This document shows, in pieces, positions 10,376-19,353 of a stretch of DNA of 64,000 nt. The notes beneath the pieces were generated by a model. The model was not told the origin of the DNA, did no database searches, and saw only the letters and a list, made by a program, of their open reading frames with translations. Made by a program: the position numbers and the translations under genes. The stretch's first letter is position 1, and the number at the start of each line of letters is the position of its first letter. Source of the stretch: an uncultured Candidatus Saccharibacteria bacterium (lineage in GTDB: Bacteria; Patescibacteriota; Minisyncoccia; UBA6257; JAUSGH01); contig CAYHUD010000002.1 in assembly GCA_964360025.1 (NCBI GenBank), positions 3,602 through 67,601 on the forward strand, written 5' to 3'.

Positions 10376-10954
10376 ATGCGTGTATTAGTCACGGCGGGAT
10401 CAACTCAGGTTCCAATAGATAAAGTAAGAACGATAGGGAACATTTTCAAGGGTCGGACGGGTGAGATGATCGCTCGCCATCTTAGTTTTTCTGGTTCCGA
10501 TGTGACTCTTTTGGCATCCAATCCGCCGGTTCTGGACTCCGTCGTCTCTAAAATCCGCGTTACCGCCTTTAGCACGTTTGAAGACCTTTTAAAATTAATG
10601 GAAAAAGAAATTCGTTATGGCCAATATGACGCGGTGATACACTCTGCCGCGGTAAGCGATTACGATGTTTCCCAGATATTGGATGAATCGCTTGTCCCTC
10701 TTGATCGTAGCGCCAAGATTTCTTCTTCGCACAAAGTTGTTTATCTCAAGATGTCGCGGACTCCGAAGATTATTGATTTGATCCGTGATCCCTGGGGCTT
10801 TGGGGGTATATTGGCAAAGTTCAAGCTGGTGATTTTAACTGGCCGCGGCGCGCCCCTATCTTTTATCAAAAAAGCCGATCTTGTTACGGAAACAAAGGAA
10901 ATCAAACACCCTTTTAAAAAAGGCGGCCTTGCCAAGATTGTTGTAGAATTTTAA
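10376..10954 (+). CDS. Phosphopantothenate-cysteine ligase (CoaB)-like protein, truncated and fused to a CobO/BtuR-like C-terminal tail
   Basis: VLVTAGST..PID.VR.I.N..G.TG, HSAAVSDY, KISS, TPKII, KFKL, then LTGR.AP....ADLVTE..EIKHPF. Confidence 0.7.
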   Translation: MRVLVTAGSTQVPIDKVRTIGNIFKGRTGEMIARHLSFSGSDVTLLASNPPVLDSVVSKIRVTAFSTFEDLLKLMEKEIRYGQYDAVIHSAAVSDYDVSQILDESLVPLDRSAKISSSHKVVYLKMSRTPKIIDLIRDPWGFGGILAKFKLVILTGRGAPLSFIKKADLVTETKEIKHPFKKGGLAKIVVEF

Positions 10955-10957
10955 TAA

Positions 10958-10986
10958 TTGCAATTTAATGGATTTTATTGTATTAT
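10958..10986 (+). promoter_or_regulatory. Sigma70-type promoter followed by boxA-like motif and SD
   Basis: TTGCAA-17bp-TATTAT; GTTCTTTGA at 11004-11012; GAGGAG before ATG 11024. Confidence 0.55.
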
Positions 10987-11023
10987 CGGTTGAACACTAG
11001 ATTGTTCTTTGAGGAGACGAGGG

Positions 11024-11737
11024 ATGAAGTGGTGGCAGACGATCAGTGAGTTTTTCGGTTGGCAAGAGGATGTTGGTTTAGACAGAGTAAGAGCGGAAAA
11101 ATTCCTTGACGAGTTCTGGGGTGGTGGCAAACCGTTACAAATTGATCTTTACGGATATATAGAGAGGTTTGTTAAGAAAGAAGTTGATCCGCTGAAATTG
11201 CCCAACTATTCTATTGCGACGCTTCGTAGGGGTTTGAAAAATTGTCCGAACGATTTTCGCAGAATAGCTTTTGATGCGGAATATAATTTAATCCTTCTCG
11301 CGCCGATGGGATTTTGGAAAAGACCTCGCGCGATCGCCTGCATTGGTTTCAATATAGATGCTTATGACGAAGAGGTAGTTATCATCAAACAACTTCAAGC
11401 GGCCGCGCAGGAGGGGTTAAGAAACTCTCATATTGAATTCTATGAGTTCACCAGAGAATCTTTAAGGGGGATTAAGTGGGAGAGGATGCTTGTCGCGATT
11501 TTGTTGGATCTAGTGTTTGAAAAAGGATTTAAAAGAGTAGAAATGATTAGAGCCGAACAGTCAAAGTGGTATGCGTATCCTTATAACCCGATTAGCACCG
11601 CCGCCGACATCAGGAGTCGGATGAAAATGCGATATGACGTGACCGCAAAACGTATGGGGTTTGACGATCGTGGAGAGATGTTTGTAATTACAAAGGAGAA
11701 TTACGAAGCTCGAAATCGGAAAAGGGCGGACAAGTAG
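11024..11737 (+). CDS. Hypothetical protein (possibly VirK/YbjX-like, GNAT-related fold)
   Basis: SD-led ORF; IIKQLQ...WERMLV...GF.RV....YD..A.RMGF pattern; followed by a terminator. Confidence 0.55.
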   Translation: MKWWQTISEFFGWQEDVGLDRVRAEKFLDEFWGGGKPLQIDLYGYIERFVKKEVDPLKLPNYSIATLRRGLKNCPNDFRRIAFDAEYNLILLAPMGFWKRPRAIACIGFNIDAYDEEVVIIKQLQAAAQEGLRNSHIEFYEFTRESLRGIKWERMLVAILLDLVFEKGFKRVEMIRAEQSKWYAYPYNPISTAADIRSRMKMRYDVTAKRMGFDDRGEMFVITKENYEARNRKRADK

Positions 11738-11760
11738 GAGCTTGTCCGCCTTCTTTTTTT
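11722..11760 (+). terminator. Intrinsic terminator
   Basis: GGCGGACAAG-TAGGAG-CTTGTCCGCC followed by TTCTTTTTTT. Confidence 0.8.
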
Positions 11761-11776
11761 AAAATAGTATTCTGAT

Positions 11777-13192
11777 ATGCCAGTTCATAATGCCGCTTTT
11801 TATGCGGCACTGTTTTTTATTCTAGGTATTGCGCTGGGAAGTTTTACCGCCGGACTTGCCGGGAGATATTTTTTGGTCGCGGTATTTGTCTTGGTAACCG
11901 GCGTCGCGCTTTATTTTTTAAATAAAAAACACCTCGCCGCGTTAGCTATTTTTATGCTCATCGGGTGCGGCTATTACTTTGCAGATGATGCCGGGGCGAA
12001 AAGCGCGGAGATTATTTATAATAGAGACGTTTCTTTTGAGGGCGTGGTACGAAAGTCGGAACTGACCGAAAACGGCCAGGATATTTTTGTGGGAAATATT
12101 AAACTATATGCCGGCAGATATCCTTCTTATGAGTATGGCGACCGGCTGTCTCTGCAAGGAAAAATTCAAGAGCCTCAAGAAGAATACAAAAATTACTTTT
12201 TAAAAGACGGTATTTTGGGAACAATGCGCAACCCTAAGATAATTCTTGTGGGAATTAACGCCGGTAACCCCATTAAGGCATCACTTTTGAAAATCAAATC
12301 AAAAGCTGAAAATACTTTTAAGGCATTGTTGCCCTATGACGAAGCTTTATTTTTAGGAGGGCTTGTTTTAGGCTCAAAAGCTGATTACTCGCGCGAGTTT
12401 AGAGAGACTCTTTCTCGTAGCGGTACTACGCATCTTGTGGCTCTTTCGGGATATAACATCAGCGTCATCGCCAAAGGCGTCGCGTTTTTCTTCGCGTTAG
12501 TTTTTTCCCGCAGCGCCACTTTTTTTATATCCCTAATTTTTATCTTTTTATTTGTGATTATGACCGGAGCCGAGGCCTCGGTTACGCGCGCCGGCTTTAT
12601 GGGCGCTATCGCGCTTCTCGCCAATCAAACAGGTCGTGTCTATAGTTTTAAAAACGCCGCGGTGATCGCGGCCCTTTTTATGCTTTTGGAGAATCCCAAG
12701 ATTTTGGTTTTTGATTTGGGTTTTCAGTTGTCTTTCGCCGCGCTTTTAGGCATTGTTTATCTGGAGCCGGTTATCGGTAAAGTTTTTCGTTTGAAGCGCG
12801 AGCCCGGATTTTTAGCTTGGCGGGAAAATTTTAAAACTACGCTCGCCGCCCAGCTCGCTGTTTTCCCGATTTTAATAATGAAGTTCGGTGTTGTTTCTCT
12901 AAGCGGAATTGTATCCAACATTTTAATTCTGGGCTTGATTCCGTGGACCATGTTTTTTGGTTTTTTGATGGGAATTTTCGGTTTCATTTCGCATTATTTG
13001 TCGTGGCTCTTGGGTTTTATTGTGGCGCCCATCCTCTCTTATGAACTTATGATTATAGAATTTTTTAGTAAGTTTGGATATTTTTCCGAAATTAATCTGA
13101 GCATTTCTTTTGCGATTATCTATTACGTGATTTTGTTTATTGTTATCGCCCATGTTAAAAGAAGGGAAGTCCTTGAAATAGGAAAAATATAA
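11777..13192 (+). CDS. comEC: ComEC/Rec2 competence channel, membrane domain
   Basis: SGTTHLVALSGYNIS, G.EASVTRA..M, DLGFQLSFAA, TLAAQL..FP. Confidence 0.93.
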   Translation: MPVHNAAFYAALFFILGIALGSFTAGLAGRYFLVAVFVLVTGVALYFLNKKHLAALAIFMLIGCGYYFADDAGAKSAEIIYNRDVSFEGVVRKSELTENGQDIFVGNIKLYAGRYPSYEYGDRLSLQGKIQEPQEEYKNYFLKDGILGTMRNPKIILVGINAGNPIKASLLKIKSKAENTFKALLPYDEALFLGGLVLGSKADYSREFRETLSRSGTTHLVALSGYNISVIAKGVAFFFALVFSRSATFFISLIFIFLFVIMTGAEASVTRAGFMGAIALLANQTGRVYSFKNAAVIAALFMLLENPKILVFDLGFQLSFAALLGIVYLEPVIGKVFRLKREPGFLAWRENFKTTLAAQLAVFPILIMKFGVVSLSGIVSNILILGLIPWTMFFGFLMGIFGFISHYLSWLLGFIVAPILSYELMIIEFFSKFGYFSEINLSISFAIIYYVILFIVIAHVKRREVLEIGKI

Positions 13193-13195
13193 ACT

Positions 13196-14035
13196 ATGCC
13201 CAATTTTTTCAACGCCAAAGATTTAGTAAAAATAGTTTTGTTTTTGTTTCTGCTCAATGCCTCTTTGTGGTATAAAGTCCTTGCTTTTTCGGCGCCTCAA
13301 GAAACAGAATATTATTTCTTGGATGTTGGCCAAGGCGATAGCCAGCTTATAATTTTCGGAGACGGGCGTGGCGAGACTATGCGTCTTTTGATTGACGGCG
13401 GTCCCGGATCTAAAGTTATAAGTTCTCTGGGGAAGATATTTGGCGTCGGAGACAAGTACATTGATTTGGTTTTAATGACTCATCCCCAGCTAGACCACTT
13501 TGGTGGTCTGATTGATGTTTTGCGCACTTATGAAGTGGGCGCATTTTTGGGAAGCGGCCGCGGCGCTTCTATTTCTGCTTACGGAGCGTTGATATCCGAA
13601 CTTAAAGAGCGCAATGTTCCTTATATTATACTTGATGAGGGTGATGAGATTAAATACAGAGAGACGAAAATCAATGTTTTGTCTCCGGCTCCGGAAAAAT
13701 TAAAAAGTAAAGAATTAAACGATACCACTATTGTTTTGCTGTCCGAAAGCAGTGGTGTCCGCGCGCTTTTCACAGGAGATATCGGGTTTAAAATAGAATC
13801 CGAGATTATGAAAAAATACGACATCAACGCGGATATTTTAAAAGTGCCTCATCATGGATCCAGATATTCTTCTGGGGCGAGTTTTTTAGCGGAAATTAGT
13901 CCTAAAGTGGCGGTGATTGGGGTCGGTAAAAATAGTTATGGCCATCCCACTGAAGATACGATTTCACGCATTCGGAAAGCGGGAGCTTTGCTTTATCGCA
14001 CGGATCGCGACGGCACGATTCACATTTCTCTATAA
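13196..14035 (+). CDS. ComEC-associated metallo-beta-lactamase-fold protein
   Basis: FLDVGQGDS, LIDGG, THPQLDHFGG, LFTGD, LKVPHHGS, N.YGHP, YRTD..G. Confidence 0.92.
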   Translation: MPNFFNAKDLVKIVLFLFLLNASLWYKVLAFSAPQETEYYFLDVGQGDSQLIIFGDGRGETMRLLIDGGPGSKVISSLGKIFGVGDKYIDLVLMTHPQLDHFGGLIDVLRTYEVGAFLGSGRGASISAYGALISELKERNVPYIILDEGDEIKYRETKINVLSPAPEKLKSKELNDTTIVLLSESSGVRALFTGDIGFKIESEIMKKYDINADILKVPHHGSRYSSGASFLAEISPKVAVIGVGKNSYGHPTEDTISRIRKAGALLYRTDRDGTIHISL

Positions 14036-14059
14036 AAAATCTCCGGAGGGTACCCGGAG

Positions 14060-14677
14060 TTAGGTTGTATTTTGGTGTTTCGGCGCTAGTACTTGGCGCG
14101 CCATCCAAATAGAGATGGGCGCGAGAGTTATGCCGCTAAGAACATCAACGACATAATGTTGCTTCACTAGTAATGTGGAAACGATGATGCTTGCGCCCCA
14201 AAAAACGAAGAACCAATAGAAGCGGCGGAGATATGGGGAGATTTGGAGGATCAGGATCGCTGTGATGGCAACATGGCTGCTGGGGAATGTATTATTGGGT
14301 GGATCGGCTACGTAATAGTAGGCGAGAAGTGCGTGCGACCAAGAGTCGCAGCTTTGAATTTCCGGTCTGGGATATGCGGAGGGGACAATTAGGTAAAAAC
14401 CAAACATTATTGTAAAAGCTATACAGGCGGCGAATATCGTTTCTATAGATTTTGAGATGGACACGGAGGAGATGAATACCGGCAAAAAGCAAAAAAGATG
14501 GAAGCTCATATATGCGAATATAGCTTCGGGGATGAAGGGTATTTGAGCGTCAATCGGCAGAAGAAACAGCGTTTTTGCCGAGCGGCCGAGGGTATACTCG
14601 GCAATACCAAAATAAACAGATGCGATTATGCCGAAAACTCCGGCAAAGAGCAGCAGCTTTTTTGCGGCTATCCACAT
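14060..14677 (-). CDS. PAP2-family membrane phosphatase/phosphotransferase (inositol-phosphorylceramide synthase-like)
   Basis: YPRP, D.P.NTFPSSHV, STL.VKQHY.VDV..G; several TM helices. Confidence 0.85.
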   Translation of the reverse strand: MWIAAKKLLLFAGVFGIIASVYFGIAEYTLGRSAKTLFLLPIDAQIPFIPEAIFAYMSFHLFCFLPVFISSVSISKSIETIFAACIAFTIMFGFYLIVPSAYPRPEIQSCDSWSHALLAYYYVADPPNNTFPSSHVAITAILILQISPYLRRFYWFFVFWGASIIVSTLLVKQHYVVDVLSGITLAPISIWMARQVLAPKHQNTT

Positions 14678-14792
14678 AAATCCGCCCTCAATATCAATGT
14701 TCTTTTGCTGTTACCACCTTATCATAGTGACTTGCGTTATTCAATTCAAGCGTACATTCTATATTAAAGCTCCTTGATTGTGGGAGGGGTCA

Positions 14793-15608
14793 ATGAACAT
14801 TTACATATTAACCAGCGGTTTTACGCCTTTTACAGATATTCTTTTGGGTGGTGTCATTGCCGCCCATCATGAGCATATCGGGGGTATCATCGTTGAAGAC
14901 CAAGCAGAAAATCTTGAAACCCTCACGTTTGAATGGCGCCTCTTAAGGAAAGCCGGACTTCGTTTTGTTATTTATCGGTTGGTAGAAAGAACATTTTACT
15001 GTCTCACATTGCTCGTAAAAAGAATACTTCGCAAACGACAGCTTCAAAACGGCCGCGAGTTGGCGAGAAAATACGGCATACGCATATCGGAAACAGCCGA
15101 TGTTGAGTCGTCGCGTTTCAGAAGATTTTTCCGCGAACAAAAACCGGATCTTATTTTGCTTGTCGGTTATACCAACATTCTGACTAAGAAGTTCTTGCGG
15201 ATTCCGAAAATCGGCACCCTCGGTTTTCACGGTGGGATTTTGCCGTATTATAGGGGATTATTTCCGCTTTTCTATGCGCTGATGTACAGAGCCGAGATTT
15301 ATGGCGCGAGTCTGTATGAGGTGGAAAGAAAAATTCATAGCGGTAAAGTTGTCGGACATATGGAGTTGCCTGTATGCAAAAAGAAAAGCCTTGCCCACCA
15401 TAATTTTCAGCTTCATCGTCGTGGGCGCGAGTGGCTGCGCGGTATGCTGGGCAGGGTTATCAAGCACGGCAACATCTTCTATGAACCACCCGCTGAAAAT
15501 GGAGGATTCTTCGGTTTCCCAACCAAGGTCAAGGTTAGAAGGTTTAGAAGAAGGGTTGGTTGTATGATGCGAGTTGAGGATTTCAGAGAGATTTGGAACA
15601 ATCTCTAG
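14793..15608 (+). CDS. Formyltransferase-family protein with divergent catalytic motifs
   Basis: PDLILL, HGGILPYYRG..P; ATG 14793 after SD GGGAGGGG. Confidence 0.7.
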   Translation: MNIYILTSGFTPFTDILLGGVIAAHHEHIGGIIVEDQAENLETLTFEWRLLRKAGLRFVIYRLVERTFYCLTLLVKRILRKRQLQNGRELARKYGIRISETADVESSRFRRFFREQKPDLILLVGYTNILTKKFLRIPKIGTLGFHGGILPYYRGLFPLFYALMYRAEIYGASLYEVERKIHSGKVVGHMELPVCKKKSLAHHNFQLHRRGREWLRGMLGRVIKHGNIFYEPPAENGGFFGFPTKVKVRRFRRRVGCMMRVEDFREIWNNL

Positions 15609-15611
15609 GAC

Positions 15612-15640
15612 GCCGTCCCATGAAATGGGGCGGATTTTTT
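15612..15640 (+). terminator. Intrinsic terminator
   Basis: CCGTCCCAT-GAA-ATGGGGCGG followed by ATTTTTTT. Confidence 0.7.
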
Positions 15641-15672
15641 ATTTGCGGCGAGGTGGTTTTTTTGATAATCTG

Positions 15673-17094
15673 ATGAGGATGAGGACTTTAATCAAAGATA
15701 TTATTTTAAAAGAAGGGGAGGATGTTGTTTTGTCTGGATATGTCGCGGCTCGGCGCGATCACGGCAAAATTATTTTTATTGATTTGCGTGACCGTAGCGG
15801 CGAGTGCCAGCTGGTTTTTGTGGGTAAAGAACTTTACGCGCAAGCAGATCTTTTGCGTTCCGAATGGGTCGTTTCCATAAAAGGCAAGGTCAATAAGCGT
15901 CCGCCGGCGATGGTTAATAAAAATATTCTGACAGGCGAATACGAGATTTTGGTTGAAAGTTTTGAAGTTTTAAATGAAGCTAAAACACCGCCATTTGAAG
16001 TGGCGTCGTCCGGTTATGATATCGGCGAGGATGTGCGCATGAAATATCGCTATATTGATTTGCGTCGTCCGCGTTTGCAAAAAAATATTCGTAACCGTTT
16101 TAAGATGTTGAAGTTTATGCGTGATTTTTTAAGCGAGCGGGATTTCGTGGAGATTGAAACGCCGATCCTTTCTAAATCCACTCCGGAAGGGGCGCGGGAT
16201 TATTTGGTGCCCTCTCGTCTGTATGGTGGCAAATTTTATGCTCTTCCGCAGTCACCCCAGCAGTATAAACAGCTTCTCATGGCCTCCGGTTTTGAGCGTT
16301 ATTTTCAGGTAGCAAGGTGTTTTAGAGATGAGGACACCAGAGGCGACCGTCAGCCGGAGTTTACCCAGCTGGATCTGGAGATGAGCTATGTTGAGGAAAA
16401 CGACGTGATGGGTCTTGTAGAAGAAATGATGATTGGGGTAGTGAAGAATCTTTATCCCGGAAAACGCATCCAACAGGTTCCCTTCCCGCGCATTAGTTAC
16501 GCTGAAGCAATAGAAAAATACAAAACTGATAGGCCGGATATCAGAGAAGATAAAAAAGACCCCAATTTACTCGCTTTTTGCTGGGTAGTGGATTTTCCGT
16601 TTTTTTCCGCCGAAGGCGGATCCGCCTCCGGCGGAGAGAAAACAAAATGGACTTTCACCCACAACCCATTTTCCAAACCTAAACCGGAACATGAGGAGTT
16701 TTTGATGAAAAAAGAAAAAATCGGCGAAATTTTGACTACGCAGTACGACATTGTTTTAAACGGTTTTGAGGTTGGCGGGGGAAGTATTAGAAATCATCGC
16801 CTCGAAGCGCTAAAAAAAGTCTTTGAAATTATGGGTTTTACCGAAGAAAAAATTATTAGCGATTTCGGGCATATGCTGGATGCCCTGGGAAGCGGAGCTC
16901 CGCCGCATGGCGGCATCGCTCCGGGAGTTGATCGCTTGGTGATGATTTTGGAAAATGAACCCAATATCCGTGAAGTGATTGCATTTCCCAAAACCGGAGA
17001 CGCGCGGGACTTGATGATGGACGCCCCGAGCGAGGTTTCCAAAGAACAGCTTAAGGAATTGAGTTTAGAAATTAAAAATAAAAAATCAAAATAA
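15673..17094 (+). CDS. aspS: Aspartate--tRNA ligase lacking the GAD insertion domain
   Basis: RRDHGKIIFIDLRD, RMKYRYIDLRR, STPEGARDY, LPQSPQQYKQ, CFRDEDTRGDRQPEFTQLD, GGGSIR, PPHGGIA.G.DR; start moved to ATG 15673 or 15679. Confidence 0.97.
   Translation: MRMRTLIKDIILKEGEDVVLSGYVAARRDHGKIIFIDLRDRSGECQLVFVGKELYAQADLLRSEWVVSIKGKVNKRPPAMVNKNILTGEYEILVESFEVLNEAKTPPFEVASSGYDIGEDVRMKYRYIDLRRPRLQKNIRNRFKMLKFMRDFLSERDFVEIETPILSKSTPEGARDYLVPSRLYGGKFYALPQSPQQYKQLLMASGFERYFQVARCFRDEDTRGDRQPEFTQLDLEMSYVEENDVMGLVEEMMIGVVKNLYPGKRIQQVPFPRISYAEAIEKYKTDRPDIREDKKDPNLLAFCWVVDFPFFSAEGGSASGGEKTKWTFTHNPFSKPKPEHEEFLMKKEKIGEILTTQYDIVLNGFEVGGGSIRNHRLEALKKVFEIMGFTEEKIISDFGHMLDALGSGAPPHGGIAPGVDRLVMILENEPNIREVIAFPKTGDARDLMMDAPSEVSKEQLKELSLEIKNKKSK
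16606..16635. repeat. Tandem double-hairpin palindrome inserted in frame in aspS (encodes SAEGGSASGG)
   Basis: TCCGCC-GAA-GGCGGA plus TCCGCC-TCC-GGCGGA. Confidence 0.85.
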
Positions 17095-17095
17095 T

Positions 17096-17698
17096 ATGAA
17101 ATTAAAAGAAGAGCAAACACTGGTGATGGTTAAGCCGGACGGCATACAGAGGAGTTTAATCGGGGAGATTATTCGCCGCTTTGAAAGAAGCGGATTAAAG
17201 CTTGCGGGTGTGAAAATGGTAGTACCCACCCCCGCCATGATAGAAAAACATTATTTGGTTAATCCCGAGTGGCGCCGCATTACCGGAGAAAAAACTATTG
17301 AGTCATATAGAAAAAAGGGTAAAAAGCCACCCACTGAAGATCCTTATAAAATGACGGAGATTATTTTAAAAAATCTTAAGAAGTATATGTCCGCGGGACC
17401 GGTAGTGGCTATGGTCTGGCGGGGAATCCATGCTGTTGGCATTGTGCGGAAGCTCGTCGGCGGCACAGAACCTCTAACATCGGACGTTGGGACTATTCGC
17501 GGTGATTTCACGATTGACTCCTATGAATTTTCAGATGTTACGGGTCGGGCTGTTAGGAACCTTGTTCACGCATCGGGTAATGTTGATGAAGCCGAAAAAG
17601 AGATTAGCTTATGGTTTAAAAAAGACGAGATTGTAAATTATCGTCTGGTTGGCGAAGCAATTCTTTACGACGTTAATCTGGATGGTATTTTAGAATAA
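17096..17698 (+). CDS. ndk: Nucleoside diphosphate kinase
   Basis: EQTLVMVKPDG, GPVVAMVW.G, GTIRGDF, NLVHAS. Confidence 0.95.
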   Translation: MKLKEEQTLVMVKPDGIQRSLIGEIIRRFERSGLKLAGVKMVVPTPAMIEKHYLVNPEWRRITGEKTIESYRKKGKKPPTEDPYKMTEIILKNLKKYMSAGPVVAMVWRGIHAVGIVRKLVGGTEPLTSDVGTIRGDFTIDSYEFSDVTGRAVRNLVHASGNVDEAEKEISLWFKKDEIVNYRLVGEAILYDVNLDGILE

Positions 17699-17748
17699 TA
17701 AAATAAACGCGAAGTTGCGGGCCGGTTCCCGCGCTGAATGGTCTAGAA

Positions 17749-18276
17749 ATGTCTAGCGTGATTATGAAATCGGAACAAACATTTATTGTTGATTACGCTT
17801 ATGGATTCAATATTTCTACCTGTGAGCCTAATTATGTAGCTCGAGCGCGTATCAAAGCAGGACTGCGCGCGCTTAAAAAATACCCTGATGCCCACATTAT
17901 CTTGGGCGCAGGAATGAAAGAAAAAACAGGAGACTGCGGGCCATTGGCGGCAATAATGGAGCATTTTTTAATAGAAGAAGGAGTTGTGTCTCAAAAAATT
18001 TTTCTTAATCCGGAGGGTTACGATACCGTAACCGAGACGGAAGCTGTTTACGATATCGTCTTAAAACACGGCAACGGTAGGATTATTTGTGCTACTTCTT
18101 CGTTTCACGCGCCCCGCGTTTGGCTTATTTGGCTGTGTCGTTTTGGGCGTATGCCGCGGATTTATACAACGCATCTAAAAACTCCATGGTTTGAGTATTT
18201 ACACGAAGTTATTAAAATTACCACCGATATCGCAAGATCATTAATTAAGAGGATAGCGTCTCTAAGATTTTTTTAA
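17749..18276 (+). CDS. YdcF/DUF218 (ElyC/SanA-like) family protein
   Basis: ARIKAG, M..FL...GV...I.....DTVTE, TSSFHAPR, HE. Confidence 0.75.
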   Translation: MSSVIMKSEQTFIVDYAYGFNISTCEPNYVARARIKAGLRALKKYPDAHIILGAGMKEKTGDCGPLAAIMEHFLIEEGVVSQKIFLNPEGYDTVTETEAVYDIVLKHGNGRIICATSSFHAPRVWLIWLCRFGRMPRIYTTHLKTPWFEYLHEVIKITTDIARSLIKRIASLRFF

Positions 18277-19180
18277 AATCTTCCGGCGGAGGAATTTCTA
18301 AAGATAATGCTTTACCGTTAGGCGTCGTAAAAGTAAGTTTTTCGGCGTGAAGCATCTGTCGCGCGGCTAGATCTGATTTTGAGCCGTAAAGATGATCGCC
18401 TAAGATCGGGCACCCGATTGCCGAGAGATGCACGCGAATCTGGTGCGTCCGGCCGGTGAGTGGTTTTGCCTCTACTAGGGTAAATCCCTTAAAGTTTTTT
18501 AAAATCTTATAAAGAGTTTTGGCTTCGCGGCGAGATTTGATTTGCGGCTCGCTCAACCTCTTTACGGCTACCTTTTTCATCTGGCTCATCTTTGACGGTC
18601 TGATATCGTAGTTTATTTCCCCCTCATTTTTAGGCGGTACGCCACAAACGATAGCCAGATAGGTCTTTTGAATCTTTTTGGACAGAAACTGTTCCTTCAA
18701 AAAAAGAAAGGAGTTTTGATTTTTAGCCACTATGATTAATCCCGAGGTGTTTTTATCCAGGCGATGCACGATACCCGGGCGCAGCGGATTTTCGCCCACA
18801 TTCACAATTTCGGGATAACGAGCAAGGAGGGCATTGACGAGCGTCCCGGAACGCACCGAAAGCGTGGGATGTACCATGAGCCCGGCCGGTTTATTGATGA
18901 CAACCACGTCATCATCTTCGTAGACGATATCCAGAGCTATCTTAGAATCAGGGATGATACCGGTTTCTTCGGTGGGTGTCATAATTATTTCTTCTGGTAT
19001 TGAAACGCGATCGCTAGCGTTAAGTTTTTGGCTAGATTTTAAGGCGCGGGAATTATTGACCGTAACTGCGCCGTCTTTAATCGCGGTCTGTATTTTTACG
19101 CGTGAAATTCCCGGTACCTTTTCTGTCAGATATTTATCCAACCGCATTCTAGATTTTTCTATTTCTACGATAAATTCCAT
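18245..19180 (-). CDS. RluA-family pseudouridine synthase (RluD-like, with S4 domain)
   Basis: RLDKYL, INKPAGLMVHP, RPGIVHRLDKNTSGL, TGRTHQIRVH, GD.LYG; start moved to ATG 19180. Confidence 0.93.
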   Translation of the reverse strand: MEFIVEIEKSRMRLDKYLTEKVPGISRVKIQTAIKDGAVTVNNSRALKSSQKLNASDRVSIPEEIIMTPTEETGIIPDSKIALDIVYEDDDVVVINKPAGLMVHPTLSVRSGTLVNALLARYPEIVNVGENPLRPGIVHRLDKNTSGLIIVAKNQNSFLFLKEQFLSKKIQKTYLAIVCGVPPKNEGEINYDIRPSKMSQMKKVAVKRLSEPQIKSRREAKTLYKILKNFKGFTLVEAKPLTGRTHQIRVHLSAIGCPILGDHLYGSKSDLAARQMLHAEKLTFTTPNGKALSLEIPPPEDFKKILETLSS

Positions 19181-19212
19181 TTTATTAAATTCTATATTTG
19201 ATATAATAATAG

Positions 19213-19336
19213 TATCCCGCTTCGAAGATTCTTTATCAAACTTTTTTATTAGGGCTGGCCGAATCTTGATCCGCCGTGGCGGAATCAATGAGGCTGCCCA
19301 CCTGGTATCTATACTAGGTTTCTACGGAGCGGGATA
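19213..19336. mobile_element. Miniature inverted-repeat element (MITE-like) with an internal TCCGCC hairpin
   Basis: TIRs TATCCCGCTTCGAAGA / TCTACGGAGCGGGATA (14/16 complementary); internal TCCGCC-GT-GGCGGA. Confidence 0.6.
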
Positions 19337-19353
19337 ACAAAGCGTCTCACCTT

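Noticed and set aside
11777-14035. Split ComEC as a novelty
   Set aside because: Separate membrane and MBL-fold ComEC genes are a common arrangement
15574-15672. N-terminal extension of the aspS ORF; similar extensions on efp, the RluA gene, EamA, prfB, NTF2, pyrG and rdgB
   Set aside because: Extensions run through terminators, repeats, tRNAs or neighbouring genes; downstream ATGs match family N-termini
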